From positions 1 to 25,081 of IMG/VR virus record IMGVR_UViG_3300044580_000013: a stretch of 25,081 bases of DNA; one strand, written 5' to 3'. A program made the translations under genes and the position numbers. This stretch comes from a virus (lineage: Duplodnaviria > Caudoviricetes). A model generated the notes under the pieces. The model saw only the letters and a list, made by a program, of their open reading frames with translations. It ran no database searches and was not told the DNA's origin. Below, in pieces: positions 24,098-25,081 of the stretch. The first letter of the stretch is position 1, and every line of letters begins with the position of its first letter.

Positions 24098-24979
24098 CTA
24101 CTTAAATTTAAGTAAAATATAGTCATCCGCAATAGAACTTGTCATGTATTTTTTAGCACTTTCGGGCATTTCGGCCTTTAGTTTTTTGGTGTCAACCCTA
24201 GACGTTTCCTTTTTCTCAACGTAGGTGATAGTTAGGCCATCACATTTTATTGATTTGACGCCGGCCTCCCTCATGCTTTTCAGCATTTTCGCTTTAAAAT
24301 CATCCACCTTCCTGTTAAGGTCGTCAATGTATAGCAGGGCTTCTCTTACGGTGTGAACCTGCTCCCGTATGACGTCAGGCACGTTATCATCGGTAATCAC
24401 CACGTCATCCACCCATTCGGTTACGCTATCCCATACATCGGGCAAAATCCTTAACCCTTCCTTAATTTCATTTAGTGTAAATGTTAGCGTGTTCGGCTGA
24501 ATTTTTAAGGTCTTAAGCTCGCTTTCGCCATCCGGATTAATGCTTGTTAACCACAACTCGTAGTCATCAATTCCAGCATCTTCGGCCTTCTCCTGCATCA
24601 GCATGTAGTGCCATGCCAGCTGGGCGTTGTAGGCGGCCAGTAATTCTTGCTCATTGCGGATAGAAGTTTTGTGCTCCACCCAAATTATTTTTTCACCACC
24701 GACCCACTCGAAATCAATGTGATTTCTGATTTTATACTTTTCATTTGAGAGTTTTTTGCTCTCATAGAGTGGGTTGTTCACTGCACCCTTTAGCATTTCA
24801 GCTATTTTGCGCTCCATCTCAATTCCCAGCTCAATTTCAGGAGTGCTGATGTTAACTTCCTCGACTAGCCCTTTTAGCTCAGCAATACGCCTGAGTAGAG
24901 CTGGATTAGCAGTTTTATACCTGCCCAATGCGGCGATGTTACTTGCATCCCCGCTACCAAATCCTTTTGTTCTATCCAT
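24098..24979 (-). CDS. YqaJ-like viral exonuclease (RecE/lambda-exo partner of RecT)
   Basis: R.KGFGSGDA, G.EME, HID, EHKT, Y.AQLAWH motifs; SRVDTKKLKAEMPE tail; adjacent to recT. Confidence 0.8.
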   Translation of the reverse strand: MDRTKGFGSGDASNIAALGRYKTANPALLRRIAELKGLVEEVNISTPEIELGIEMERKIAEMLKGAVNNPLYESKKLSNEKYKIRNHIDFEWVGGEKIIWVEHKTSIRNEQELLAAYNAQLAWHYMLMQEKAEDAGIDDYELWLTSINPDGESELKTLKIQPNTLTFTLNEIKEGLRILPDVWDSVTEWVDDVVITDDNVPDVIREQVHTVREALLYIDDLNRKVDDFKAKMLKSMREAGVKSIKCDGLTITYVEKKETSRVDTKKLKAEMPESAKKYMTSSIADDYILLKFK

Positions 24980-25081
24980 TTTTTTGCATTTTAATATTTA
25001 ACGTATTTGCCCCAAATTTGAACTTCTCCTTGTCGAACCACTTGTCAAAATGCTCTGGACAATAGGTTGCTAGGGCTAAAG
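24972..25081 (-). CDS. 3' part of the end-spanning early protein (...LALATYCPEHFDKWFDKEKFKFGANTLNIKMQKNG*)
   Basis: In frame with 1-370 across the 12-nt overlap; the TAG at 24974-24972 overlaps the exonuclease start by 8 nt. Confidence 0.8.
   Translation of the reverse strand, partial: LALATYCPEHFDKWFDKEKFKFGANTLNIKMQKNG
25027..25046. repeat. 20-bp repeat TCCTTGTCGAACCACTTGTC, also at 36-55 (78-bp period on the circle)
   Basis: Read directly; encodes DKWFDKE in both copies. Confidence 0.9.
25070..25081. repeat. Terminal overlap, copy 2
   Basis: Identical to 1-12. Confidence 0.9.

Larger units (their letters stand above)
1..25081 (-). mobile_element. Probably complete tailed phage genome (siphovirus morphotype, HK97-fold capsid), ~25,069 bp circular map; Bacteroidota host inferred
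   Basis: Recombination, replication, packaging, head, tail and lysis modules are all present and co-oriented, with no host genes. The 12-nt terminal overlap restores an ORF. Confidence 0.88.

Noticed and set aside
1421-25001. All plus-strand ORFs in the track (e.g. 5784-6359, 6546-6965, 12459-12959, 19695-20045)
   Set aside because: They are antisense shadows of minus-strand genes or of the structured RNA region, with S/F/L-rich composition and no recognisable motifs.
1-25081. Stop-codon reassignment as seen in some Bacteroidota phages
   Set aside because: The standard code gives full-length, densely packed genes, and TAG, TGA and TAA all terminate genes at sensible positions.

Overview
This window looks like an essentially complete, circularly assembled ~25.07-kb siphovirus-type phage genome with every credible gene on the minus strand. 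The first 12 nt recur at 25070-25081, and joining the ends there creates one continuous 155-aa ORF that the ORF track missed. In transcription order the genome carries: early hypothetical genes; a YqaJ-like exonuclease and RecT; DnaA-C-like and Xis-like DNA-binding proteins; a replication initiator with internal iterons plus a DnaC-like ATPase; a RuvC-like resolvase; an accessory cassette; terminase, portal, minor head protein, protease and HK97-fold capsid; a glycosyltransferase; neck and tail genes (two tail-tube paralogues and a -1 frameshifted chaperone); and a lysis module. No integrase or CI-like repressor is visible. A Bacteroidota host is inferred from TAnnTTTG promoter boxes, A-rich and mostly SD-less start regions, and protein families. 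The most unusual items are: (1) a 1.8-kb fibre/BppU-like cassette with its own promoter, bracketed by a perfect 36-bp duplication of the terS start; (2) a GT2 glycosyltransferase fused to a small head-module domain directly behind the capsid gene; (3) two promoter + leader-ORF + structured-RNA units, upstream of the replication initiator and of the resolvase/late region; (4) a 41-aa internally deleted methyltransferase remnant together with near-total GATC avoidance; and (5) an end-spanning early protein resembling the N-terminal domain of mimivirus ankyrin proteins, followed by FDKWFDK repeats. All family calls are by-eye motif recognition, not database searches.
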